64,000 nt of DNA from Botryllus schlosseri (lineage: Eukaryota). The translations under genes were made by a program, and so were the position numbers. The notes under the pieces were generated by a model. The model was not told the DNA's origin, ran no database searches, and was given only the letters and a program-made list of their open reading frames with translations. The stretch spans positions 20,648,001 through 20,712,000 of the forward strand of contig CM119372.1 of assembly GCA_051294905.1 (NCBI GenBank), given 5' to 3'. Each line of letters opens with the position of its first letter. Position 1 is the stretch's first letter. Positions 1 through 10,017 of the stretch are shown here, piece by piece.

Positions 1-202
1 GGTGCGCTATATCTGTATAGTTTGACTGCATTTCGATCGTTGCCGTAAGGTCGCGTTCTGCGGATTCAACTCTTAAATCCGGCGTCATCAGATCACCAGG
101 ATTAATTGCATCAAAGATATCCGCGTTCTCTTCAAATTGCGATTCGAATGCATTTGGTTCATAACCAAATTTGTCAAGATTATCTATCTGAACCGCGGCC
201 AT
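1..202 (-). CDS. 5' part of an acidic ORF running off the window edge (MAAVQIDNLDKFGYEPNAFESQFEENADIFDAINPGDLMTPDLRVESAERDLTATIEMQSNYTDIAH...), product unknown
   Basis: Manual translation: ATG at 202-200 and 67 open codons to position 1. TATAAATA on the minus strand at 288-281. Absent from the ORF track because the stop lies outside the window. Confidence 0.55.
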   Translation of the reverse strand, partial: MAAVQIDNLDKFGYEPNAFESQFEENADIFDAINPGDLMTPDLRVESAERDLTATIEMQSNYTDIAH

Positions 203-406
203 TGTATAATAATTAATCTAACTGCTCCAACGTTTATATCTGTGACAGCGAAGTATAACAATCGACTCGTGGGTGTTGGCTATTTATAGATTTAATTTTT
301 CACACGCTAACACAGACCTCTTCTTTCTAGGTGATCGAGCGGTATATTTCACCATTTTAACACCCGCGGTGTCATGGTTTACTTTTTCAGTTGATAGTTA
401 CTCGTT

Positions 407-760
407 ATGGTAACTAGTGTGATTATTGAGAATTACCTTCTGAATTATCATAACTTAACAACCCCCACCTTGAGTGAAACGGAAAAATTCATCCACAGAG
501 TGCTAGATTTCTATGTGCATGGAGAAAACGTGAACCGTGTTCGAAAGTGTGATTTTACCGCGTTGGTTAACTCGATTCGATCATACGGTATCGACTGGAA
601 TGGTGTTTTTAGTGTCATAAGCATTGCAGCGATGAAAAGTGACATTCGTTCGATTGCATTGTACAGAGATTTAACAACAGACATCTTGAATACTCACTAC
701 AGTACATTGATAATTGACTGGGTAAGAAGAAAATTCATTCGTGTCGTTTGTCACTTGTGA
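407..760 (+). CDS. Small helical protein, putative divergent (viral-type) Bcl-2-fold protein
   Basis: 117-aa ATG ORF. TSVIIENYLLNY resembles BH4/helix 1; FTALVNSIRSYGIDWNGVFSVISIAA resembles BH1 (F..V..ELF.DG.NWGRIVA); LTTDILNTHYSTLIIDWVRR resembles helix 6-BH2. Visual alignment only. Confidence 0.5.
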   Translation: MVTSVIIENYLLNYHNLTTPTLSETEKFIHRVLDFYVHGENVNRVRKCDFTALVNSIRSYGIDWNGVFSVISIAAMKSDIRSIALYRDLTTDILNTHYSTLIIDWVRRKFIRVVCHL

Positions 761-875
761 ACGGCATCCTTTCTTACAGAACTCCTGTAAAGTTTATTTC
801 AATCCAAGTCTATTCACGCGGGTCATCAGGATTATACAAAGACTGTTAACTCACTCAATACCACGTGCCTAATTC

Positions 876-883
876 TATAAATA
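876..883 (+). promoter_or_regulatory. TATA box upstream of the OB-fold ORF
   Basis: TATAAATA about 40 bp upstream of the ATG at 923. Confidence 0.5.
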
Positions 884-922
884 TCGACGGGTTTGTTGAT
901 GACTCCCACTTTATCAAACGAT

Positions 923-1534
923 ATGGCATCGAACAGCGTCAACACTATGCAAGTCGGAGCAACTTCAAATTTTCACGTCGGCGTCAAATTCGTCTCATCA
1001 CCCAAAAGAGGTGGCGTTAGCCAATATCTCAAAGGTATATTCATCGATGGCAATAACGAAGAGATATCTTTCACGTGTTTCAATCGTGATTTGTTCGGGA
1101 ACCTTGAGAAAGCATTCACCAAACGAAAAAAACTCATGGTCAAATCCGGTTGGGTTCAAATTGATAAATTTACTGGAAAACCTGCTGTATTACTTGGTCG
1201 GGCTTCGTCAGTAACTCTACATGGAAAATCGAGACATACGACTGAAGAATACCCATTATTGACCTGTGAATCGGTATACGGAAATAAAGATGAATACGTC
1301 TCGATCACCGCTACTTGTGTTTCTCGAGAGGAGAAGATGGTCAATTCTGGTGCCGGAAAGGAGTTGAAATTATACAGTTTTACATTGAAGGATGATACTG
1401 GCGAGGTGGTTTTGGATCAATGGAACAAAGCCTCGCTCGTACCCGGGAAGAATTATCAACTCACTCGTGTTAAAAACTGTGTCGGCAGCTTGAAAATCGA
1501 TCAGTTAACTAGACTTGTCGAATTGAAAGAATAG
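923..1534 (+). CDS. Intronless tandem OB-fold single-stranded DNA-binding protein (RPA1/SSB-like), 203 aa
   Basis: First ATG at 923, in frame with the track ORF at 893. Second domain YVSITATCVS...KELKLYSFTLKDDTGEVVLDQW...PGKNYQLTRVK matches the RPA-type OB pattern (L.D.TG.I.LTLW). First domain has the equivalent IFIDGNNEEISFTCF. Confidence 0.75.
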   Translation: MASNSVNTMQVGATSNFHVGVKFVSSPKRGGVSQYLKGIFIDGNNEEISFTCFNRDLFGNLEKAFTKRKKLMVKSGWVQIDKFTGKPAVLLGRASSVTLHGKSRHTTEEYPLLTCESVYGNKDEYVSITATCVSREEKMVNSGAGKELKLYSFTLKDDTGEVVLDQWNKASLVPGKNYQLTRVKNCVGSLKIDQLTRLVELKE

Positions 1535-1780
1535 TTTGCATATTTGTATACCACAATACAATATTTCATTTTCACGTAAAATGTATGACCTATGTGTTTC
1601 GACAACTGGGTTAGCGCGGTGTTGTTCTACTGATCGAGGTGTGAAAATTGTGCTATCGCGATGAAGTTGCGACTGTGAACAGCAGACTATTCTGTAGGCG
1701 CGAAACAGCGAATAAGCCGAAAGTATTATTCCGCTAGCAATCAATAGCGAGGAAAGAGAACACGATCGGTCATTTGACAC
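1505..1780 (-). CDS. Possible small membrane protein convergent with the OB-fold gene
   Basis: 91-codon frame with a hydrophobic stretch (LSSLLIASGIILSAYSLF). No in-frame ATG (GTG start), so it may be spurious, spliced or decayed. Confidence 0.25.
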   Translation of the reverse strand: MSNDRSCSLSSLLIASGIILSAYSLFRAYRIVCCSQSQLHRDSTIFTPRSVEQHRANPVVETHRSYILRENEILYCGIQICKLFFQFDKSS

Positions 1781-1974
1781 GACTAAACTACGATGTCATA
1801 TATAATAATTTACGATCAAACTATTTCGCACTGAATGGAATAGTGTAATATTCGATAGTAGCGGTTGGCCGGGAAACAATCCCACACGCAGATCATTCGA
1901 AATATAGGTCGCACTGCGTAAATCCTCTTACAAGCCCCGTTTCCGTTTGTGCGGTTATTGTTGGTGACTATTCA

Positions 1975-2362
1975 ACACCACGCGAGAGATGTCTGAAAGT
2001 ACGAATCACGACCGCACCCATAAGAACACATGGCGAGTCACCAACACAGCCTATACGCGAAAGCACGACATGCGAAAGTACGACGTGCGAGAGATGCCTT
2101 TACCCGAAAGGGCGACATGCCACCACGAGTTTTCGATGCGATGTGCGAGAGATGCCTATACCTGAAAGTGCGACATGCCACCGCGAGTTTTCCATGCGAT
2201 GTGCGAGAGATGCCTATACCTGAAAGTGCGACATGCGAGCGCACCCATAAGAACCAATGGCGATGTGTGAGCGGAAGGGGGGTCTAAAAGTGCGATATGC
2301 CAACACGAGTTTCCAGGCGATGTGCGAGCGGGCCCATAAGAACCCCACCCACCTCACGACCG
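1975..2362. repeat. Subterminal array of degenerate ~57-59 bp direct repeats
   Basis: Recurring GCGAGAGATGCCTATACCTGAAAGTGCGACATGC units (~2083-2237), CCCATAAGAAC three times (~2017, 2244, 2333) and TCACGACCG twice. Confidence 0.8.
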
Positions 2363-2839
2363 ATCATACTAACTACTGCAGGCCAAGGGTTAAAAGGACG
2401 AGCAAGACATATTCCTAGCGAAAGGATGGTTGACATAACTGGACGCGACACACGCTTTCTCCGTGCACATGTTGCTGAAGAAGAAATCACCGTGATACAG
2501 GGGCTATTTCACGCCGTTCGTATAGCAATTTCACTCAACACCAATGCAAATTTATTCCAAAACTACTTTCTACTTTTCAAAATCCAAATTGTAAGGTAGA
2601 AAGGAAGTATCCTAGTCTAAAAACATAACCACTTGAACAAGTTTTGTGCAGGTATACAAAACCTACTTGTGAACTCGAAAAATGTGTCACATGCACAATT
2701 GCACATGCACAATGCACATACAGACTCGATCGCCATTCAGTTGCGTAAACCTTTCATGCCATACTGATCGAATTCCAATTCAAGCTGCGCTAGGTCGTTG
2801 ATTTAAAATTTGGCAAGTGTTTTTATTAGTCGGCAGCAT

Positions 2840-3361
2840 TCATGACTTTCGGTTCCTCGCACGAGCGTCCAACACTCTGTAAAATTCCAGGCCTATTTTC
2901 AATGTCAGACTTATGCATATAAATGACACCAGTCCTATGAAGCAGTTGTATAGCCAGTTGGAATTCGACGAAGTGTCCAATGGTCTTCGACGAAAAGCCG
3001 GACGGTGTGTTTTCGCAGAACTCTCCAGCCTCACAGTCTTTCCTTCGTGTGCTGGCTTGTAACATTCGAATTCCTCGTCTGTCATATCGACCTGTCTCAT
3101 TTCCGCGATATCCAATTCACGCTGGCTTTCGAGCTGTTTCAGCAGGTAGAGGCGTCTGTTATCCAATGCCCACCAGTTATCCCTCTTCCACGTGACCCTA
3201 ATTGTGGGAATGTCGTCGACGCTAAGCTTCTTTTTCAAAATCCTTTCATAGACTGATACTAAGGATTGGTCGTTGCTGAAATGATCGGATATGGTTTCCG
3301 TCGTATAACGAACTTCTGACGGCTTTATCCAGATCACGGGATCAAATCGACGTCTGGACAT
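2840..3361 (-). CDS. Intronless ParB/sulfiredoxin-like domain protein with C-terminal transmembrane helix, 173 aa
   Basis: ATG at 3361. Motifs IKPSEVRYTTETISDHF..IPTIRV..WWALDNRRLYLLK. Hydrophobic segment WLYNCFIGLVSFICISLTLKIGL followed by a basic tail. TATAAAA on the minus strand near 3451-3445. Confidence 0.7.
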   Translation of the reverse strand: MSRRRFDPVIWIKPSEVRYTTETISDHFSNDQSLVSVYERILKKKLSVDDIPTIRVTWKRDNWWALDNRRLYLLKQLESQRELDIAEMRQVDMTDEEFECYKPAHEGKTVRLESSAKTHRPAFRRRPLDTSSNSNWLYNCFIGLVSFICISLTLKIGLEFYRVLDARARNRKS

Positions 3362-3633
3362 TCTATTCAGGAAGTCTATACTACAGTACAAAAAGTCTGT
3401 ACAGTGTACTGTACAGAGTACATATGTCCTCGGATTCCGTCACAGTTTTATAGTTCCCCGACGGAGGTATAGCGCATGCTAAATCATCACTGAACGGCTG
3501 ATGTCGGCCTACCGTAATTCAATCGGTTGATTATTAACATCCATCGATGTTGACAGACGTGACGAACGGCTTCATTTAATTTAAAGCTATGTCACTCGTT
3601 AAATCTCATGTTAAAATCTACATGACTGACTAC

Positions 3634-4049
3634 TAGGGTTACCATACGTCTGCTTTTAAGAGGAGATCTGTCCTCTTTTTTTTAAAAACTTTTTTGAAAG
3701 TGTCCTCGGAGGACGCCCAAATGTCCTCTTTTTTGATAATTTTTCCTCTTTTTTGAAAATTTTGGTTAAATACAGGTTAAAATTCGACTGAGATACAGGA
3801 AATCATTACTAAAGTAACCTTCCGGCGGCTATTCCGGGAGTTGAGCCGGAAAGGTGATCTATTTTTTTAGTCATCGAACGGAGAATTCAAAAAAGTGTTT
3901 ATTTCTGGAGTCGAGTCGGAAAAATGACCTTTTTTTCAACCGACCACAAGGTCGGGGCAAATTTATCATTTTTTCCGGATTTTACTCCAGTAAGTATGAA
4001 AGTTTGAAAACATGTTCTCTTTTCACATTTCCAACATATGGTAACCCTA
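3634..4049. mobile_element. hAT MITE (TAGGGTTACCATA termini)
   Basis: TIR TAGGGTTACCATA / TATGGTAACCCTA; 8-bp TSD ctgactac / ctgaccac. Confidence 0.85.
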
Positions 4050-4937
4050 CTGACCACACCGCGGTCATGTCAAGTCGTCAAACGTCTATCAAAGGTTGAT
4101 ACACCAGCTTGCAATATAGGCCTAAAGGCCTAAGCACTAAGCACTAAGCAAGCACAAAGTAGCCTGCACAGTGCACATATGCACAGTTTCACACGCTCAT
4201 ATGAAATATAGGGTTGACTGCATTAATAAATTATTACAAACATTATCCACCATACATCTGATGACATTCATGTCCCGTCCAACACTATTCTCCGTGACCC
4301 CCTCCCCCTTGGCCTATTTTCGAACCCCAGATAACCCCACCACCACCATACACACAATCGACGAAAAAACAAGGCAGAGAAAAATGTACACTGTACAGCA
4401 GTGGTTCCCAAAGTGGGCGCCAGCGCCCCTGGAGGCGTTCGCGAGCGTTAAGGGGTCGCTGGTCATGAAATAAGCGATTGGGGGGGCGTTTGCTATAAAA
4501 GTGGGCGATAGGGGGCGCTGAGAACAAAGGGGGTCGTGCAGTAGGTTTAGAAGGCAACTGCTGCGTAGTGTTGAAACGATTGATAAATAGAGCAGCTAAA
4601 TTCGCAGTAAACGCGCAGATTCGATTCAGTCAGGGCAATTTAGGGTAAGGTTACTATATTTTGTGGATCAAATTCTGGACCTTCTTCAGGGCCCCCTAGA
4701 GGATTTCACAATAAGGTACGAACACATTAGTGTCACTCAACATGACGTCACACCAGCGAAGCTTCGCCTGTAGACTGTATACAGGAGTGACGTGAAACAT
4801 AGATTTTGAATTGGGCCATCTCTAATATGAGCGCTGGTGATTGCTTGGGTCTACAACAGATTTTCTGACGGGCCGGATGAAATCGTCTAGTGGACCTTAT
4901 CCGGTCCACCGGTTGTGTGTTTGACAGCTCTGTTAAA

Positions 4938-5908
4938 CAGTGTTGGGATCAAGTCACTACCTTCGAGTCACGAGTCATTTCGAGTCATTGCGCATTTTGA
5001 CTCGAGTCAAGTCAAGTCAATCGATTTTCGAAGGTGACTCGAGTCAAGTCAAGTCACTCGATTTTTGGAGGTGACTCGAGTCAAGTCGAGTCGAGTCAAG
5101 TCAAGTCAAGTCAAGTCAAATCACGAGTCAAGTCACAATTCAAGTCAAGTTGCCTTTTCCAAGTTAATAAGCATGATTACGTCATTGCATTTTGCTAGCT
5201 GTCTGAAATACAGGTTGAGTGGTCATTGTTTTTTTTTACCGATGAACGAATATAGAGTTAAATATACACGCTGTATCGCTCACATATAGGCTACGTAGAA
5301 CTACTAAACTACGTAAGTAATTGCATACCCTCAGTTTATAGTCACCTTCCAAAATAGAGAATAGAGAAAGGAATTGATAGGATGCAATAAATTACCTATT
5401 TACGAGCCTGCGCCAATTGGTGGGGACTATATGTAAACTATATTCGAATTCAATTTTAATAACACAAGAGGTTGGTTAAGGTAAGAACAGAGAAGTGAAA
5501 TATACATTTTTCTATCAAATTACTTTACTATACTAGTTTACGACAAAGTAAGCTGTAAGCTTCGACTTCGTTTGCGGTCAATATATTTGTGAGAGTGAGA
5601 AAACAATGGAGGCTCAGTAAAACGCACGATCATTGAATGATTGGTCGCTCTCGCGGGTTACAGCAGCGTTTCGTGAACAATTCGACATACGTGAGATACA
5701 GTGACTTTTATCGACATCGATTACTTGATGACTTGAAATTGACTCGTGAATTTTGCTCCGAGTCACGAGTCAATCCTCATTTTTGATACGCCGAGTCAAG
5801 TCAAGTCAAGTCATTTTAGCAAAGTGACTCGAGTCAAGTCAAGTCATACGAAAAAGGTGACTCGAGTCTGACTCGAGTCAAGTCATGACTCGAGTCATCC
5901 CAACACTG
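4938..5908. mobile_element. hAT MITE with (G/A)AGTC and TGACTCGAGTCA subterminal repeats
   Basis: TIR CAGTGTTGGGAT / ATCCCAACACTG; perfect TSD ctgttaaa. Confidence 0.9.
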
Positions 5909-6824
5909 CTGTTAAACCGTTCGGTCGGTGCGGTTGTCTGGTTGTGGGGTGTAACCAGGTCCGAAACAACATTTTTATTATCCCCCGTCCGCCCAAAAAA
6001 GCAGTAATCTTGGGCCCACCATAGGGTAATCGATGCAACTACTTGCGGGTTTACTATATGCATCTGCTTGTTACAATTTGTGAATGAAGTCTGCCAATAA
6101 TATTGGTTCTTCCATATATTCCTATAAGATATACCAGTAGAATGTAGATTACACAGCCGGTGGTTCCCAACCTATAATGGCCGTGAGCTCATTTCCAATT
6201 TGAAAATGTTCCGGGGTCCAGCTCGAAAAATGATGGGCTGATTAATAAAAAAGTCAGCTTGCCAAACTTACTCACTGCCTATTTTAGAAGCTGATGACGT
6301 CCAACATCTTCGCGATGCTCAGAATAAAGGCAAACGACCCCCAGGTTTAGAACAACTGTCTTTGACCAAACATCCAAGCGGCCTTAATCAACTCTAGGAA
6401 TAAACAGTTCTCTTATAATCGCGATTACAATTAGACTTATTATTATACTTATTTTCATTTATTTTTGATTGCATTTTGGCGAAGGTGATACGTGGTCCCC
6501 ATATTAATATCTATATACGGTGTATGAAATCGCATAATAGCCATGCTGGCATAGTAGCTAGTTTGTTTGTTTTATTGAACAATTGTGATGATCATTATTC
6601 GCGTTCTTCCAAATTCACAGATCAGATCGCTGGCTGCAAAATATGACCTCGCGGGCTGCGTGTTGATGACCCCTGATATAGTGAAAAACGAGCAAAGCTT
6701 GGTATACAGACGTTAATCATTCTCACGGTGATGAGACTCCACTGTGATTTGATATGAACTGAACTTTTGGCTGTATTTATTTCTCATTCACAATTTCATT
6801 CAATTTCCAAGTTTTTCCGAATTC

Positions 6825-6960
6825 AGTAATTCTAATTCTAATTTTAATCTAATTTGGAAAAGCTATGAAGCTCTAATTCTAATTTTAGTCTAATTTGCAA
6901 AAAGCTGTATAGCTGTAATTCTAATTGTAATCTAATTCGAAAAAGCTGAAAAATTTCTAG
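6825..6960. repeat. Three degenerate ~45-bp AT-rich tandem units
   Basis: Repeated AATTCTAATT.TA.TCTAATT.G.AAAAGCT. Confidence 0.6.
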
Positions 6961-7393
6961 TTGTCCAAGTCTGACTGGAGTCGGATTGACTTTTTCGTCG
7001 TTGCCCTTCCTCGCTCATATTTGATAGAACGTGTTTTTGGTGCCGTGACAAAGTTTCTGACTCACAGCAGAAACCGACTTGACAGTACGGGACGTGGGCA
7101 CTGAAGATTTTTAGAATGAGCTTGCTCTTATCAAAAGTAAAAAGTAAAAACTCGAACCCAATATCTCGAGGATGATGATAATAATACCCCAGCTTCATCC
7201 GTCTCATTCTTAGCTGCAATAAATGCAGAACAGCTTTCGTTTTATGATTTAGGCGTGGTGAGGGAGTGTCGGGGGGGGGGGGGGGCTGGCACTTAATTTG
7301 TTGTCCAGGGGGCGGTAGCTAAAAAACGTTTTGGGAAAAACTGCTGTACACTTATGTCAAATATACGCAGGTATAATCTTATGACCTCTCTAT

Positions 7394-7883
7394 TGTTATG
7401 TTCGTGCATTTTACGTTGGTATCGTTTCTCTTATGTGTCTAGGATTAGTAATTACCGCCAATCATTATTTCCTCGTGTGTCGTGCTTCGTTTTTATACCC
7501 TGTGTTCTGTTGTCTCGTGGTCTTTCGTTTAACTGTACTCTGGATCGTGTCGCTTGTCTTAAAGTTATTCTGCTGATAATATACTGATTTCATATTGCAA
7601 CCTCGTCGTATTGAGTTATTGTTCAAACAAGATCAAGAACATAACAATTGGTGTCAGAAGTCGGATTCATATTTATTTCTGCGACTGAGATACATCATGG
7701 AAGCAAGTATATTGAAAATTCTTGAGAAGCAGCAGGCAATGATGGCCTACATGAAACAATGGCAAAAGTCATGACAGAAATGGCGCGATTGACGCAGAGG
7801 TTGAATCCCGGTGCGTCAACATCTGAAGCTATTGCAACCTCGTCGTATTGAGTTATTGTTCAAACAAGCTCAAGAACATAACA
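7394..7883 (+). mobile_element. Internally deleted Gypsy-type LTR retrotransposon (5' LTR 7394-7646, PBS 7649-7661, gag start 7697, last ~54 bp of the 3' LTR)
   Basis: LTR termini TGTTATGTT...AACATAACA (9-bp inverted repeat); PBS TGGTGTCAGAAGT complementary to a tRNA-Leu 3' end; LTR tail repeated at 7830-7883; 5-bp TSD tctat on both sides. Confidence 0.85.
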
Positions 7884-8453
7884 TCTATACATGCCTACTA
7901 TCAATATGCAGAACATGATATCGCGAGAGCGAGTCACCAACATTTCATTTTATCGCAATCTTGTGGGGTTTTGATCTTATGAGAATTTCAATAATATCTG
8001 TCTGACTGACACTGCATATTTTTCAGCATTCGAATGTTCTGGCATTTCCTCAATATTGGTAGTTGCACATATTCACTCCATCTATATTTATGCTTTGTTA
8101 GCCGATGTCACAAGATTTGCCGCTAGACCTGAGGAAGGGGGTATATTCGAAAATTTAGGGTACCTAATTAATGATGATGCATCTCAGGGTGGGCCCATTG
8201 TTAATCACTTTGTTGCATGTTGTTTTTCGTGACCTCCCATCAGGATTGTCGGTGTAGCTGTAGAGAAATTGAAAATATATTGGAATCACCCAAACGATTA
8301 GAAAAATTTTCTTTTTGAATTTGAATTTCTCTTGAATTAAAATCTCTCAAATACTTAGGATCCAATTCGTAAATCCAAATTGCATGTTGACTACCGTCAA
8401 GGTCAACACATGCTAATCAAAACACGTGCAAACGGCCGCATGTTTATTCTTAT

Positions 8454-8884
8454 TATGGTTGCATTTAAAACAAGCGGCGTTTAAAACACTTTGTTTTAAA
8501 CTTGGCAACTTTGTTTTGTTTTAAACAAACTCTTTTTAAAAAAAATTGTACTTTTTTCAAGTTGTGAAATTATGCCATAATTGTGTAAATACTTTCCCAA
8601 AAACATGCTTTATGAGCCTACGGACAATTACTACCGGATATAGCCGACGTATAGCGATATGGGATGGTTGGAACCCTCAAAATAGTCGGTTAAACAACAA
8701 TAGTACAGATACTTCGTCAAAGGAGCTATTTTTACCCTATATTTTCATTTGTCAATGCCCTTCCACTATGACGTCACAATTGAACATTCATGACGTCATA
8801 GCTGCTTAAGTAAAAAATCATGTTTTAAACAAGGGCTTTTAAACGTGTTGTTTTATATTGATTTTTGCTTTAAATGCAACCCTA
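8454..8884. mobile_element. hAT MITE (TAGGGTTGCATTTAAA family)
   Basis: TIR TATGGTTGCATTTAAA / TTTAAATGCAACCCTA; TSD attcttat / attcttag; inverted homologue at 13108-13661. Confidence 0.8.
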
Positions 8885-10017
8885 ATTCTTAGACGGCCGC
8901 AACTTGGCCATCCCTGATCAAGCATACTAGGAAATTTTATGATTATAGAAGTCGGATTTCAAAAAGGTAGTTACGTCAGGTCCCCGGCATCTGTACAATG
9001 CATCTTAATAGTTTGGAATATCACTTTCCTAAAATTTGTAATCGACAATTTGATATCCACAATTTCTACATACGAAAGTTTAAAAAATTCACGAAGGTCT
9101 CACTCCCCGACTGGGAACCACTGAATTATATCTATACAGTCGTAGAGAAAATACACAAGACAGAAATAGAATTGACTAGGCCTGATTTTGACATAAATCT
9201 CCTGACTGAACATCTTCCGTTGAACACAATATCTTCCATCTTGGCGTGTACGACATATTTCCTTCATAACATCGGCTGACAACTATATAAAGTTCGATCT
9301 CTGCGTGACTGCTGGAGCGTGATGCGTTTGTGTAAATTTCAATACATTGCAGCTCCATTACGGTGGCGTTCTGAAGCAAACGGCTACAGCCAATTTTTTT
9401 TCGTTTTACCCTTCAATTTGAAACCACATTATTTTTATAGTGCAATGCCCCTTTAAGATCACGATTCTTTATCGTCAACAAGTAAACAAGTAGAATTAGT
9501 GGGCAATATTGATACAATGCAGAATATAATTTCAGGAAATTGGTATGGGGGGGGGGGCGCATATGACCCACGGCCCAAATATTTAACATAAATTGTTCGA
9601 AGCAAAACATTGATTTGTCGACACACCATTCGCTTGTTGGAGATACATTGAAGTATACCCCACAAAAAGCTATGAATCGGAGTGTGAATACCATATAGTA
9701 CCTCTAGTAGTTGGTTAACAAACAGGAAGTTGAGTCCAAATTGGAAATTTTCGATTAAATACAATAATGATTTCGAATAGTGTATATTATATGTAGTCTT
9801 TCAAAAGCAATCTATACCTATACATGATCAAGAACAAGTGCAATTCATGTTATTAAAATCAATTTTGTCGGTTTATGTATGGGGGTGTCATATTCACAAT
9901 TGTTTTTCGCCAAAATACGGCATTTGAATGTGAACAAAGATTTGAACCATTCGCTACCATTGCAACGCGTGCGGCAAATATTTCTTCTTCTGTACTGGAG
10001 TATTATCAAATTTACGA

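Larger units (their letters stand above)
1..2389. mobile_element. Right end of a putative large piggyBac-ended (TTAA) cargo or virus-like element
   Basis: Ends ...CTGCAGGCCAAGGG followed by TTAA (2390-2393), i.e. TTAA-CCCTTGGCC on the minus strand. Preceded by subterminal repeats and dense intronless ORFs. The other end is outside the window. Confidence 0.5.
4399..7343. mobile_element. Non-autonomous hAT (Buster/Charlie-like) element with nested insertions
   Basis: TIR CAGTGGTTCCCAAA / TTTGGGAAAAACTG; TSD ctgtacag / ctgtacac; GGGGCG-rich subtermini like 25979-32792. Confidence 0.65.

Noticed and set aside
2014..2343. ATAAG motifs as baculovirus-type late promoters; ORFs at 2030, 2038, 2284 and 2297
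   Set aside because: The motifs are part of the repeat unit with no credible ORF downstream, and the ORFs are translations of the repeats.
1..2393. Helitron interpretation of the OB-fold region
   Set aside because: No Rep/helicase in view and no 3' hairpin plus CTRR end recognised. The TTAA/CCC terminus fits better, though a Helitron is not excluded without upstream sequence.
4938..5908. CRISPR-like or coding interpretation of the AGTCA repeats (ORF 5065)
   Set aside because: Short subterminal motifs of a TIR/TSD-bounded MITE; no unique spacers, no cas genes, eukaryotic context.
8998..9379. Overlapping ORFs as the last exon of the EF-hand gene
   Set aside because: No EF-hand similarity; the true exon 3 was found at 10178-10018.
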